Below are positions 49,440-63,170 of a stretch of DNA of 64,000 bases, piece after piece. How positions within the stretch are numbered: the first letter of the stretch is position 1; each line of letters opens with the position of its first letter. The notes under the pieces are model-generated. The model ran no database searches. It was not told the DNA's origin and saw nothing but the letters and a program-made list of their open reading frames with translations. Location of the stretch: contig NW_021832859.1 in NCBI RefSeq assembly GCF_006345805.1, positions 1-64,000 on the forward strand, in the 5' to 3' direction. This DNA comes from Octopus sinensis. Taxonomy: Eukaryota. The translations under genes and the position numbers were made by a program.

Positions 49440-49725
49440 AAGCGAGTGTCATAGTGTTTAGGGTATTCGTTTCGCGATCGAAAGAGCGCGAGTTCCATTC
49501 CCGGTGGGGCGTTGTGACTTTAAGCAAGATACTTTATTTCGATTTGCTCCATTTCACTTATCTGGCAAAACTTAATAGTGCCTGTATCTCAATAGGGCCA
49601 GCGTTGTCACACTCACTGTTACGGCGAATCTCCCAGAGAATTACGTTAATGGTACCCGTGTCGGTGGAGTGCTCAGCCACTTGCAAGTTTAATCTATGAG
49701 CTAGCTGTTTTATTGATCAGATAAA
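49440..49725 (+). mobile_element. Old SINE family C copy
   Basis: Diverged alignment to 9755-10035. Confidence 0.75.
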
Positions 49726-49817
49726 GTGGAACACTTTATATGCATGCATATAAAACAGATATATTTCAAGCATTCATGAGGGACAGTCGAGCCAGTATTG
49801 TGTATAGACGGTATAAG

Positions 49818-50245
49818 GCCATATTCGTCTGCCGTTACGTTGTGAGTTCAAATTCCGCCGAGGTCGACTTTACCTTTCATCCTTTCGGGGTCGATAAATT
49901 AAGTACCAATTACGCACTGGGGTCGATGTAATCGACTTAATACCTATGTCTGTCGTTGTTTGTCCCCTCTATGTTTAGCCCCTTGTGGGTAATAAAGAAA
50001 TAGGTATAAGGCGGTGAGCTGGCAGAAACGTCAGCGCGCCGGGCGAAACGCTCAGCCGTATTTCGTCTGCCGTTACGTTCTGAGCTCAAGTTCCGCCGAG
50101 GTCGACTTTGCCTTTCATCCTTTCGGGGTCGATTAAATAAGTACTAGTTACGCACTGGGGTCGATGTAATCGACTTAATACCTATGTCTGTCCTTGTTTG
50201 TCCCATCTATGTTTAGCCCCTTGCGGGCAATAAAAGAAATAAGTA
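49818..50245 (+). mobile_element. SINE family B: head-less unit followed by a full unit (starts 50010)
   Basis: First unit starts tattcgtctgccgttacg; second starts ggcggtgagctggcagaa. Confidence 0.85.
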
Positions 50246-50759
50246 TTGTGTATGGAACGAAGGGATCGTATAGCATAGTGCAGCCTGTCTTATTCTTTGA
50301 GATTACCGGATTATCTAACGCTCTATAGGTTTATTCTCATGCAAGGTAAGGGACGTCTAAATTCTTGTTAACAGTGTTAAAGATTTAAAGTTGGAAAGAA
50401 ACATCTCAGTACGATTATCTCCTCTGATTCAGATTGAGGTTTATTTCCTGTCAGCAACTGTATTGTTTTATCATTTCTTCGCCTCTTTCTTTCCTCCTTC
50501 CGGTTGCAGATTTACTTCGCCTTTTCACTCTTATTGAGTGGTGATAAATCATGTTACATATGAAGCATGAAATGGCATTTATAATTAAATATTCTATAAT
50601 ATCTGTATGTTGTCTGTGTTTTCTTTTGTATTGATTTCTCCCTGATCTTGGGCACGGTTTAACCGTTCTTCATAAGAATATATAAAAGAAGCACAAATGA
50701 AAGGCGAAAATAAAGTTACCGGTGTGACAAAAATATCGCCCTCACGGAGAAACAGTACG

Positions 50760-50990
50760 TGAATATATGCATGTGTTTATATGTGTGTATGAATGTATGT
50801 ATGTATGTATGCAGGCAGGTGTATATATGTTCAGACACGCATGCATTTATCTATCTATCTATATCTATCTATCTAATAGGTATGTGTATGTATCTATGTA
50901 TATATGTGTATGCATATATATCTGTGTATATATATATCTGTGTATGTATATATCTATGTATGTATATATCTTTGTGTATATATGTATGTA

Positions 50991-51023
<33 letters not shown>

Positions 51024-51057
51024 ATATATATATGTATATATATGTATGTATATATGT

Positions 51058-51091
<34 letters not shown>

Positions 51092-51386
51092 GTGTATATA
51101 TGCATATATATATGTATGTATATATATATATATGTATGTATATGTATATATATGTATATGTATATGTGTGTATGTATATGTATATATATGTATATATATA
51201 TATATATATATGTATGTATATGTATATATGTATATATGTATGTATCTGTATATGTATATATGTATGTATATGTATATGTATATATGTATGTATCTGTATA
51301 TGTATATATGTATGTATCTGTATATGTATATATGTATGTATATGTATATGTATGTATGTATATATGTATATGTATATATATGTATG

Positions 51387-51438
<52 letters not shown>

Positions 51439-51439
51439 G

Positions 51440-51485
<46 letters not shown>
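50760..51485. repeat. (TATG)n/(TA)n compound microsatellite
   Basis: Direct reading. Confidence 0.95.
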
Positions 51486-51486
<1 letters not shown>

Positions 51487-52497
51487 GTGTTTCTGTATTT
51501 AGAGTATTACAAGAAAGTAATATGTATTCAAAGTTTCTTAGTTTCACAGTTGTCAGCTATGCATATATTCGGCAGTTTGTCAGAACAGAAATTGCAAATA
51601 AATGTCGCGAAATATGTGTCAGAAGAACCAGTTTGGTATGCGTCATAGAAATATATTTATACAAAAAGAGATAACTGGAGTATTCGTAGTGATAAAAATT
51701 ATATTTTTCCGCGTCTTCTCACCCCACGTTTACAGCTTTAGCCCTTCTTTGGGTTAGGAGAAAGAGAAAACGAAAGAAATGAGTGTAACAAAGGGAGTTT
51801 TCTATGTGGGCGGCCATTAAAATGTATAAAGCGAGAGCGACTCACACAGAAACAGATTAAAATATTCACAAGAAATGCATACACACATATACATATTTAC
51901 ATAAACACACACACACACACATACATACATACATTGACAGATACGCTCACCTCTCCATTGTGAATTCCTAACGTGGTAATACCAAACTTTTTAGATATCT
52001 GCTTATATATTAACGTTCATTATCACACCTGTACTTTCAAAATTTTTCTAAGAGAACCTGATGTCTTATAACTGTGCGTTACTACTGCGCTATTGAAATC
52101 ACAAAGGTCTGTTTCTCTTATATCACATTAGAAAATATGGAACAAAAAAAACAAGCAGGTGTTATAAAATACTATAATACATTCATTATGAAGCATTTAT
52201 TTTCCACAATCGATTCATTAAGTTATTTTATCATAAAGCTGCTCTGTTACGATAATGCGTCTAAAGTTATTTGAATATTCAACTACGCATGACACGATAA
52301 TTCCCTGTCACCTATAATTATCATCTTGTATTCTGATATATCTATATCTATTATGCATGTATGTATATATTCGCACACACTCACTAACTCACTCACACAC
52401 ACACACACACACACACACACAGATATGGACACACGTGTACACGATAAAGGTGAATAAGTATACACACACATGTATATACACTCACAAACGGTTATTT

Positions 52498-52529
<32 letters not shown>

Positions 52530-52598
52530 GTTTATATATACATATATATGTATATATATATGTGTATATATATTATATATATGTATATATATATATAT

Positions 52599-52629
<31 letters not shown>

Positions 52630-53282
52630 GTGTATATATATATATATATGTGTATATATATATGTATATATATATATATATATATAATATGTGTGTGTGT
52701 GTGTGTATATATATGATGATGGCTTAACTGCCCCCAAATTTTGTCAATAACATTCCTGTTTAAGAATAATGATGATTACATACATACATGCACACACAGA
52801 CGCACAATTTGTGAGTGAGACCACTAAAAAGCTAAATTCCAAAGACAAATAGGCTGAACAGTCTTGTGTTATTTCAGGTGAATAAGAGAATATATGAATA
52901 ATTAAAGGTAATGAAATAAATGACGAAAAGACCTAGGGTCAGTAGCAAGAAAAGGACATAAAGAGTGAAGAAAATAAGGCTTAAAAGAAAAACCAGAAAC
53001 AAAGAGCTGGGTATCAGTCGTTTGAATTTCACACCTTAATGATGTTGAGGGATGGCAGCCCATTTTGGAAACCCTGATTATGGTATGAAATATACAGGTT
53101 AAGTGACTAATCACGAGCAAATTAGTACACACTTTCATATAGTCGTGAGTGTTAGCGCGTACCATCATATACATTTCTATAGGGTACCTCAAAAGTTAAT
53201 ATCTACTACAAAGATCTGCGATTAAAAAAAAACGTACCATGCTGTCAGACCCAATTAACTGATGACGACCGAGAAGTGACTA

Positions 53283-53985
53283 GTGTCCCTTAGACCTAAC
53301 AATGCTTTAATTTTGGTCACCGTCTCCTTCACTGTGTTTTTTCACGAGGACTATGTCGTCAGCAAATTCAGTATCAGATATCTTTTTAGCCTTGACCTTC
53401 CTGCTCTAAGCCCGCGCTACAGAAAAGCCAGAGTACTGGTGTGTCTCCAACGCAAAGTGCATGCAATAGTCCATCACAATACTAAAAAAGTAGGGAGCCG
53501 ATATATCTCCCTGAATCAATCCTGCCAGTATCTTAAAGAATTTCGTCATCCTATCAGGTGTAATGACTTGGGCACTGCTGTTGGCGTAGAGCAGTGATAT
53601 CAGGTCCACTATCAATTTGGGGATTTCTATAAGCCTATAAGATCTTCATCGGGCAGTGAAGGTCCAGAGAATCAAAGTCCTTCCTAAAGTCAACGAAAAC
53701 CATGATAGCATGAAGACTCTTTGCTCCAGCTCCATCTAATATCCTCCTCAGCATTAGAATATGCCTGTGGTTGATCTTCCCTCTCTGAAGCCGTTCAGGT
53801 TGTCCCTAAGCTTCTTCTCCATCATGGTTTGTGGGCTGTTAAGAATTACCTTGTTGAGGGTCTTAGCCACTAGTGTCATCAGTGATATCCCCCTGTAGTT
53901 GTTGGTGTTAGAGAGACCTCCATTCTTTGGTTCTGGAACGATGTTGCTAATACTCCACTGGCACTGGGAAGATGTTACTGATTCT
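53283..53985 (-). mobile_element. RTE-type LINE reverse-transcriptase fragment (pseudogene)
   Basis: Minus-strand translations: WSISNIVPEPKNGGLSNTNNYRGISL...NGFREGRSTT, AGLIQGDISAPYFFSIVMDY, and KISDTEFADDIVL (RT motifs, FADD); stops and frameshifts present. Confidence 0.9.
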
Positions 53986-54046
53986 CCACAAATATGTGTG
54001 CGCGCGAGTGTGTACGTATATATACACGACATATAATCTACATATG

Positions 54047-55321
54047 TCAGGCTGATTAAAAAGAAGCAATGTTCTGAAACATGAAATTCATCACAATATA
54101 TTTCAACAATGCAGAAATTATATTCATCAAAGTAAGTACCATTACAATCAACATAGTTTTGCCAACGAGTATCAAGTTTGTTTATTTCGGTAACATAAAA
54201 ATCTGGAGCTCTGGGGCTGATGAACTCTTTGAACTCACTTTCAGCATCGGTTTGATTTTTGAACTCCTTCTTTCACAGGTGCTTGGAGAAGTAATAGTCG
54301 GTAAGAGAAAGGTCTGGGGTATAAGTTGGATGGGGAAAAACTTCGTAGCCAAGTTCCTTCAACGTGTGCAGCCTCATCAGTGAAACGTGTGATTGAGCAT
54401 TGTCATGGAGAATGATTGGTCTTCTTCTGTTGACCAGTCTGGGTTGGAAGAGTAGCAGTTTTTCTTTCATTTTGGCAATTTCATGGCAATATGTTTCTGC
54501 AGTAATGGTTTTCCTGGTTTTAAGAAGTTATAGTGGATGAGTCCAGGAGTACACTACCAGTCATCATAACTTTCTTTTTGAAGAGCTCGGGTTTAGGGAA
54601 GTTTTTTCAGTGCTTCATTATGGAACAAACCACTGCGAAGAAGGTTTTTTTTTTTATTATTGTACAGAATCCACTTTTCATCGCAAGTTACTGTACGTTC
54701 GATAAATGGATCGGGCTGGTTACGAAGAAGTGACGAGCAAATTCCATATCTGCGCATTTTCTGATTTTCATTCAAATTGGTGGTACACTTTTTTCGAACT
54801 TCTTTGATTTTCTGATCGCTTGTAAATGGTTGTAGGCAGCTTTCTGTCTAACTTGAAGTTCTTTTGCCAGTTCTCGACTGGTTTTACGAGGATATTTTTC
54901 AATGACGGTCTTTAATTGACCGTCATCAATGACATTTGGGCGTCGAATACGGTCACGATCTTCAAGGCTTAGGTCTCTACTGCGAAATCGTTTAAACCAT
55001 TTTCGAGCTGACCACTCATTTCCATACTAAACGCTTGGTTGACACTGTGAATAATTTCAGCGACTTCACGTATTTTTTTGAAGTTGAATAGCAAAATTGC
55101 TCGAATATCGCGCTTTCACAGTTCCATTCAGATGATTGTAACAACGGCGAAAAAAATATCAGTGTTAATTTATTGATGCATTTGAGCAAGTCTGTGTCTG
55201 TATTATCAGACAATTGCGGAACAAAAAAAAGAAAAACGTGTAAAAACTTTTCAAAATTTTGCAAAAACCCGGTACAGATTCTTTATGGTTCACAACGTTG
55301 CTTACATTTTACTCAGCCTGG
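54047..55321 (-). mobile_element. Decayed full-length mariner (Tc1/mariner) DNA transposon, ~1275 bp
   Basis: Degenerate ITRs caggctga.taaaa.g.aagcaa.g at both ends, TA at 55322-55323; broken transposase ~55127-54120 with ARKWFKRFR, TCDEKW, LHDNA.SH, HPTYTPDL..TDY motifs. Confidence 0.9.
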
Positions 55322-55770
55322 TAGCTTGATTTCTTATCATACACAACACTTCGAAAGAGAGGCAGATCTAAATATGTAAACAATGTTGATATCACTGTGT
55401 GAACTGATCACTGTTGGATTTGTTTACACTAATTATTGTTCTATTTGAACATTCTTCTGAATGCATTCACCGTCACTTTTACCCTCCACAGTGTGATTGA
55501 CACCTTTCAGCACTTTTCATATTACACATTCCAAAATCCAATTCTTTTCTGAAGTTGTCAATTTTATTCATCTCCTGGCAAACATACAGACGCATAAAAA
55601 AACAAGCGTATGTATACGTACGCACTCTCTCTCTCTCTCTCTCTCTCTACCTCTCTCTCTCTCTCACGCACACACATACAGGGACGCACATCTATTCTAT
55701 ATCGTTCTCTCTTTTTCTCTCAATATATATATATGCATACACACAATACATACATACATATATACATACA

Positions 55771-55835
<65 letters not shown>

Positions 55836-57803
55836 TGTCTGTGTATTCTAAATAATCATAAAGACAGAAATACAAAATGTTGAGAGAAGAGGAAAAAAGA
55901 GACACGAAGCTTCCAAATACAAAACCAAATGTATACCTTGATCAAAGTATTAGTGTGCATTTAAGAGAATAATATTACCGTGCCGTTCTTGGACATACGT
56001 TTGTTAAGTCGGTAGTATAAATGAATGATGACGTAAGAAACGGCAACTGGAATAATACAACTACATTTCAAACAATCTCACCAATAAATATGAATACAGA
56101 AGCACGTTATTTTCCTTTCATTCGAATCTGTTCGTTCCTGGCTTACGTAAACATAATTGACCAAAAGGAAGATGAAAAAAAAATAAAAGACTATAGCGAC
56201 AATCAAAAATGCAATCGGGTCCGTACACACCATTAACGGTATAGCTGAACAAGCAGAAACAATGAAGAACTATAACGGTAGCAAATATAAAACAATAACA
56301 ACGACAACAGTTCCACAAAAATGCAATAACAACCACCACGGTAAATACATCAAAGGAAACGGAAGAAAACGTATATAAAATGCAACAACAATACCATTTG
56401 TTACACCTCAATCACCAGTCAGAACAGGGAAAAAAGAAACCACTCGGCAACTTTGCTGTTGGAAATAGAAACAAGGACTTGATGACGTCTATAGAACGAA
56501 GAACAAAAATACAACAATGGGGAATCATTGACTGAAGTAGGAGGCAAAATAATCTGCCGAAACCATAAACGCAGACCTACCGAAAACTGCAGTGAGAATT
56601 CCCAGGAATTTTGTGTGACAGAACGGATAATAAACTTTGGAAAAGATCTTTCAAAGCAGTTCCCACAGTTGAGGAGACTAAATAAACAAGGCTTACTCCA
56701 CATTTCAATTTCTGTACCTTCTCACTTATTTCCTACGATCGATATACCTGTACTTATATTAGATTGTATAAATATACCTAGTCTGCACAAGAATTTCAGG
56801 TCACTGGGCGTAGCAATGATAGCATTCAGTGAGATCAGGCTTCTTGAGATACGAGTACTATCGCAAATATTTAACATTTTTTTGTTTGGTTACTGATACA
56901 CTGTTGGAAATATCCTGTCCAGTATTAGGCGACTGCAATGATAATTTTTGACGTGTGCTGGGATCGTTTCAAATCTCAAATAAGCGATAAGAAAGTAAAG
57001 CCTCTTGTTGCAAATCCACCCGAAACTATTTTGACAATTACCAACAGGATTTTTGAACGTACAAATCTGAAGACTAAAAAACGCTACAGTTTATCGACTT
57101 CATGGTAATCTATATGAATTTTTTTTTTATATACGAGCGAATATGGAATGTTGTATGATGTCGATTATTTGGTATTTTTCGACAGCAAATTTTGAAACTA
57201 CGTGTCTGGAAACGGAATGCCTAGGCTCAAAGACAGGTTTCCAGTTACTGGAATATTTATGGGTCATCATTGTTGCTGAAAGACTACGAAGACCAGATTA
57301 GACAGTCATTTAGGCAGAAGTAGATGCACCATCATGTACCAACAGTATGCTTTTCTGCTGTAAGGGAGAAGGAATGGTTAGCAGATTAGAAGACGCAATT
57401 AGAATGAAATGTTTCAGGTTTAGGTACAAAGCTAGAAAATTTAAGGGATATGGTTGATAGAGGTACTTGAATAGTATTGCATTTTAGCGAGCCTAGAGCT
57501 GTGGAAGCTGAAGTTGACCACGAAGTAATTTCAGTTCAAATATAAAGAACTGGCATAGATACTACAAGGCATTTTCCCGTCCCTCCAGTATTAAATATTT
57601 GTAATTTACGTGCAGGAACAGCGCGGCGTCAAGGGTGGTGTGATCGTCCATAATGTCGGCCCGAGTATATAACTGGCACCTCACTTTTATTGACACAGGA
57701 GGTATAAAAGTCAAAACTTTGCACCCTCCTGATTTGAAACTTGAAGGTAAAGAGGGAAAACAACAGGACATTCCGTTCAACACGTAGTAGACTCAGCAGT
57801 ATT

Positions 57804-58020
57804 AGCAGCAGCAACAGCAGCGGTTCAAGAATTTGGACCCGGAGATCTCCATTTCCAGCGACTTTGAGGGTCACCTCCCAGTGGTGTCGGGCGTCAACGA
57901 AGAGCCCTCGACTACAACAAGACGACCAAAGTTTTTTTTTTCCAAAGTCTGGGGTATCCGGCCCCTAAGCCCTAGACCATAACCTAATCACCCTTACTCG
58001 TCTTGTTGCTTAACAACAAC
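57804..58020 (-). repeat. Second copy of the 21767-21973 repeat
   Basis: See 21767-21973. Confidence 0.85.
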
Positions 58021-58410
58021 AACATCAACAGTAGTAGTAGATGTAGTAGTAGATGTAGTAGTAGTAGTAGTAGTAGTAGTAGTTGTAGCAGCAGTATCAT
58101 TATTAGTAGTTGTGGCTGCAACAGAAGCAATATCAAGCTTAACAACAACAACAGCAACAGTAGTAGTAAATGTAGTAGTAGTAGTAGTAGTAGTAGTAGG
58201 TGTAGCAGCAGTATCATTATTAGTAGTTGTAGCAGCAACAGAAGCAATATCATCATCGTTAGCGCTAGCGGCAGCAGGAGTGGTAGTCCCATTAATAGCA
58301 GTACTTGTACCGCTAGCAGCAGGAGTAAATGTGGTGGTAGTAGTAGTAGTATAGTAGTAGTAGTAGTGGTGGTAATGATGGCTGGGAACTAGTAGTAATA
58401 GTAGTGGTGG
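58015..58410. repeat. (AGT)n/(AAC)n/(AGC)n trinucleotide mosaic with an internal duplication
   Basis: Direct reading; gtagcagcagtatcattattagtagttgt.gc.gcaacagaagcaatatca occurs twice. Confidence 0.9.
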
Positions 58411-59270
58411 TGTTGCTGGTATTTCGGCATTCTTACTTTGTGTTCCTTTGAAGCATCTGCCTCCTTTCATTTCATATTATCAAGTTGTTTTCGGAAGACA
58501 TGTTATAATGGCAATTATTTGCTGCAATGGATTCGCATCAGTGACTGGAATCACTTGAAATGGTAAGCATTGTGTAGAATAAATACAATGTAACTTTAGG
58601 AAGAAACAGTAAAATGAATAAACTCAATGTCTCCTATCTCTCTTTTTCTCTCTTTCCATACACACACATGTATGTGTGTATATAAAATGTTTTATATATA
58701 TATATATAATTAAATATGTACATATATAAACACCTCTCTGTCTCTCTCAGTATATACATCTTTTTATATATTGTGCATGCATTTATATACGTGTGTGTAT
58801 CATATATAAACGTTTGTGTGTCTACAACCACACACACACACACACACGCACACATCGATTATTTACTACCGCTTCTGACTTGATTTTTTTTAATTGTGTT
58901 TGTATGTGTGAATACGGTGTTTGTCATGCAAGCCACTATTGTTGAATGGCTGTGTGCAGCCGGATGTTAAAGCTGAAACTTTAAAAGGATGACATTGCAA
59001 GAATAAAGACGGTAATATTGAATGATATAAAATTGAATATAAACAGCACTTTTACAGGTATTCGTTTATTAAATTATATCTTGCTTCCAGACTTGTTAAA
59101 AATTTGGTTGAAATATCTTGTTGCTGTTTAAGAACGTCAGTGAATATACAGTTTACTGCTCTATGATAATTCGGTAAAAATTAAATGAAAAATAATACAT
59201 TACACGTTTAGAAAATTCAGCTTTAACTGGTTCGCACCGCTATCAGTTTACTATGTTATAATAATAATAA

Positions 59271-59633
59271 TCTATATATATATAAACGGCAAAATGTCTG
59301 CGTGTGTGTCCTTTATACAAATCCACAATTTTTTAGTTGGAGGGCTCGCACTTTCTATAGTCATTTAAAACCGTCCAAGGGCGGTCGTGCATATCTTTAC
59401 ATTTCCCAAGTCACCCCGCAAAGCCATTAAAAATCAATAGAAGTGACTTTTTTGTGAATTTTCTATCCAAAACCCAATCAAAATGCCTGAAACTTGATAC
59501 GCCAATTGCATGCCAGCTAGCTGTATGTGATTGGTCGGAGATTTGGACAGTACTCGCGTGTATGTGCGCACGCACGCAGCTGTATATGCATGTACTAGCA
59601 CTATGACCCGGCAACGCCAGGTCATAGTGCTAG
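59271..59633 (+). mobile_element. Non-autonomous Helitron-like element
   Basis: A|TCTATATATATATAAA start; 3' hairpin actagcactatgacc-cggcaacgcca-ggtcatagtgCTAG|T. Confidence 0.75.
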
Positions 59634-59810
59634 TCTATAATATAAAATCCGTTCTGTCTGTGTGTGTGTCTTCTAGGATCTCGGGCATCCTCCATCCGAT
59701 TGCGCTCAAATTTGATATGTAGATACCGACTGTGTCAGGGCGTGTATAAGTCTTGAAAAAATTACAAAAATCGATTCCAGGCGAGAATGCGATCGATAAA
59801 GTGAATAAAA
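59634..59810 (+). mobile_element. 5' part of a second Helitron-like element abutting the previous one
   Basis: TCTATAATATAAAATCC...tctgtgtgtgtgtc start typical of the same class; 3' end not found. Confidence 0.55.
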
Positions 59811-60307
59811 TCGCTTTTCTTTGGAATAGAAAAAAGTCTATCTTTATTTCTTCTTTTGCTGGTGTTTCAAATTTAGGTTTAATCAGTGTTTCTCAAAGGG
59901 GAGGCCTATGGGACGGTTGGACATGTTGCTTTGAGAAAATTTAGTTTAAATATTTGACGACGCAGCACCGCCCATTGGGCGGGGGTCATTTTGCTCGTAA
60001 TATATAATAACGTTGTGACAAATCATTTAAGGAAATTGTCGAAAATTTCACCAAGGAAATTTTCCTTCATAGGATCACTATTGTTACACAGCTAACTTAA
60101 GAGTTGTGGTTGTATAGATGGCCATATATTCTGTACTATCGTGGAACATATTTGAATCAGATGCCGTAACAACACTTTTAGACCAAACTGTATACATTCG
60201 TAAAACATTTTACTGATTCCATTATTTCCCAGGGTTAATCCAGAAATATAATGGTGTTCGGTCTGATATTATTAATTGCACATTATATTATCTATATTCA
60301 ACATAAA

Positions 60308-60700
60308 TATTATTATTATTGAGTGAGAGAGCAGTTCATACCATCAAAGTGACACTGGGGTAAAATATACGAGGCCCAATATGCCCATCATGACTACCCG
60401 TCTGATAAGGGTACACCAGGCACATGCATCACAACCATATGTGCGCGACATGGTGATCTTATATCAAGATAAACAGCACATGACCTTGCAGGTGGGGCCC
60501 AGTTAGAATTTTCTTCAGGTTGAGTAGCCCATCCCGCTCAAAAGGTCCCTGAATAAGGGTTATTTAAGGATGTTGAAAGAACCACCCATGTTTCCATAGG
60601 TGAATTATTTAAACCCCAAAGAATCCCTCTCAACACATGGCTATGATGCTCCCCCACTACTTCTGCTCGTGATCAGAGATGCACATATCGTCAGCCACTA
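60308..60700 (-). mobile_element. Probable 3' end of a non-LTR retrotransposon inserted in a (TAA)n microsatellite (Dong/R4-like)
   Basis: GC-richer 390-bp block ending ...ctctctcactcaataataataat on the minus strand, with (TAT)n on both flanks; clade inferred only from the target preference. Confidence 0.5.
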
Positions 60701-61067
60701 TTATTATTATTATTATTGTTATTATTATTATTTGTTTGACCTGCTTTGTATTTATACAAGTTGACTCCAAATCTCATCCAGAGACCTCAAGAGACAACAA
60801 GTTAAAAGTTCATGGTGTTATGCCTAGGGGTTCATATATTTGGCTTTGCACATAGTATTGTTCTTGAGAATGTTTAAGAAAACAAGAAAATTATGAGTTT
60901 GTTTTAAAATTTGAGATTACATAGTATTGTACGTCGACTTTTCCTTTCGTCCTTTCGGCTTCAATAAAATAAATACCAGTTAAACACTGGGTCGATGTTA
61001 TTGACTTGCCTCGTTCCTCGAAATTTCGGGCCTTGTGCCCGAATTTGAAATCTACATTATTATTATA

Positions 61068-61315
61068 CACGCAGCAAGTATAGATGGGCTGGACACGTCG
61101 CCCGGCTCACCGATAATCGGTGGACGCACGCAATTGTCGAGTGGTACCCGCGCGAGCGGAAAAGACCACTCGGAAGACCTCCACGAACGGTGGATTTACG
61201 ATTTCAAGAGGATGATTGGGATCACGTGGATGAGAAAGGCGCGATCCAGAGAGGAGTTGACAGCGGTGTCAAATGAACGCCTGACGGACTGGTCGGTCAA
61301 GGTGATCAAGGTGAT
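61068..61315 (+). mobile_element. RTE-clade LINE 3' end
   Basis: RWAGHVARLTDNRWTHAIVEWYPRERKRPLGRPP then frameshift to RW...TWMRKARSR; short aaggtgat tandem tail. Confidence 0.9.
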
Positions 61316-61396
61316 TATTAGTATAATTAAATATATACCATATTATCTTTATACCACATGAATATAATGAATATCACAGTTTCACACTATATTATA

Positions 61397-61773
61397 TCTT
61401 TATATGTAAAAGAGAAGTTGTGTGTCTGTCTCCTACGATTTAGATTCCTAACTACTCCCACATTTTGCGGTGCAGTTTAACCAAAACCGGGTATCTTATA
61501 GTTGTGATTCATATCGAGCCCTTCTGAGTATTATCGCGCGTCTACGATGAGTCTACGATTTAAAAAAAAAATACCATAATTTTTTTCGCTATTATATAAG
61601 GGTAGTAACTCTCTAAAAATGTCTACGATGAGTCAACGATTTAAAAAAAAAATTACCATCATTTTTTTCCATTTTTAATGCATTTTTTTGCTATTATTTG
61701 GCTATAACTCTCTAAAAATGCTTATATAGTTATTTCCCTTACAAACCCCAGCAACGCCGGGCGATACTGCTAG
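61397..61773 (+). mobile_element. Non-autonomous Helitron-like element with an internal ~70-bp duplication
   Basis: A|TCTTTATATGTAAAA start; 3' cccagcaacgccgggcgatactgCTAG|T; tctacgatgagtc.acgatttaaaaaaaaa repeated. Confidence 0.75.
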
Positions 61774-63054
61774 TCTAAATAAATATTACTATTGTTAACT
61801 GCTCATTTTCTTAATTATATTCCAGTTTAATTGGCTATTTTATAGTTTTTGTTGTTTAAGCAAAATTAGAAGCTGAACAATAAGATATACGATAAAAATA
61901 ATTTTCTTTCCTTCTCGTTAGGAGCTATTTATTTCATGCTATATTTTTTCCAATGGTTTTCTTCGATTATCTAAATAATAGCAGTTTGTTATTTAATCGG
62001 GATTTAACTGCTATTTCTTATAACTGAAGAGACCCTGTGTAAACGTAGCGTAATTCCATAGAATTGCGATTCAGCTGACTTGTGATCGTTCCCCATCCAC
62101 TCATTATCGTCCCTTGAATTCATTGATTACAATTTCCTGTATGCTTTATATATTTTGAAAATAATGCGATTTGATGGCGATTTCGGTGCTATTTCTGGCA
62201 GATCATGCGACTGTTTTAGGAAACCTGTCAATTCACAGAGTGAACGTAATTTATCTTCCGTCTTGTTTGTCAAATCTACGGTCTGAAAAATGATATTTCT
62301 TCGTTCACTGCACTCTTGACTGATTAGTAGAAAACGTAAATGAATTAAATCGATTTAATCAATATAAAACGATTGTCACCTCGTACTACTATTTGTCTTG
62401 TACTTTATATTTTGGAATTCCGAAGAGAGGAAAAGAAAGAAAAAAGTAAATGAATATTTATAGTTGATGCTTACGAAATTTATAAAGATTTAAATCCAGT
62501 GGCAGAGCGGTGAGCATAACCAGATGATTTTGTAAGTAATGTGGAGATCCAAAGACACAGTCTTCGTTGACATCAATGCATACATTTTTTCAATGCAAAA
62601 ATCTAATGACTTTAGAATCGATGATTATAATGATTGTTCCACTTTTATAAAATTAGAAATGTTTTTCCATAGAGAACGACGCTATTTATGGAATTATGTA
62701 AATTTGCTACGATGTTTGAGAATGAAAATTATAGAAATCATATATGTGGAGTTGATCAAAGTATCAATAATGATAATGACAATGTTGATTGCTTTATCTT
62801 TGGTTGTTGTTGCTGTTTTTTGCTTTCCATTTTGTTTAGACTGAGGTTAGTCCTAATTGAGCAGATGTATGCTCTAAGTCGCTTGTACCATAAATATCCT
62901 GTGTATTTTTATTAGATACTGAATCAAATATATATTCTGTTTAAGAAAGAATTGCATGGTTTCAGGTAAATAATATGTGAATCCAGTACCAAGTGTTTAC
63001 TCTATTTGCACTTTTCAATTCACTTCTTAAAGTTCGTCTACATCAAATATAAAT

Positions 63055-63170
63055 ACTGGTTTCAAATTTTGGCACAAGACCAGTAATTTCGGGGAGGGGT
63101 AAAGTCGATTACATCGACCCCCCAGTGCTCAAATGGTACTTATTTTATCGACCCTGGAAGGAGGAAACAC
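63055..63170 (-). mobile_element. Old SINE family B 3' fragment
   Basis: aaagtcgattacatcgaccccc.agtgc.caaatggtacttattttatcgaccc. Confidence 0.7.

Noticed and set aside
54214-54235. CTGATGA-like matches in the mariner and at 6407, 12838, 17449, 35623, 39914, 43296, 53259, 62023 (approximate)
   Set aside because: No GAAA with pairable stems II/III/I; chance or too decayed to call.
57994-58470. Poly-Thr/Ser/Leu ORFs
   Set aside because: Translations of trinucleotide repeats, open in multiple frames on both strands.
58484-58567. Possible exon ending in ATG|gtaagc
   Set aside because: One short open frame, no recognisable product, weak acceptor; expected by chance in 64 kb.
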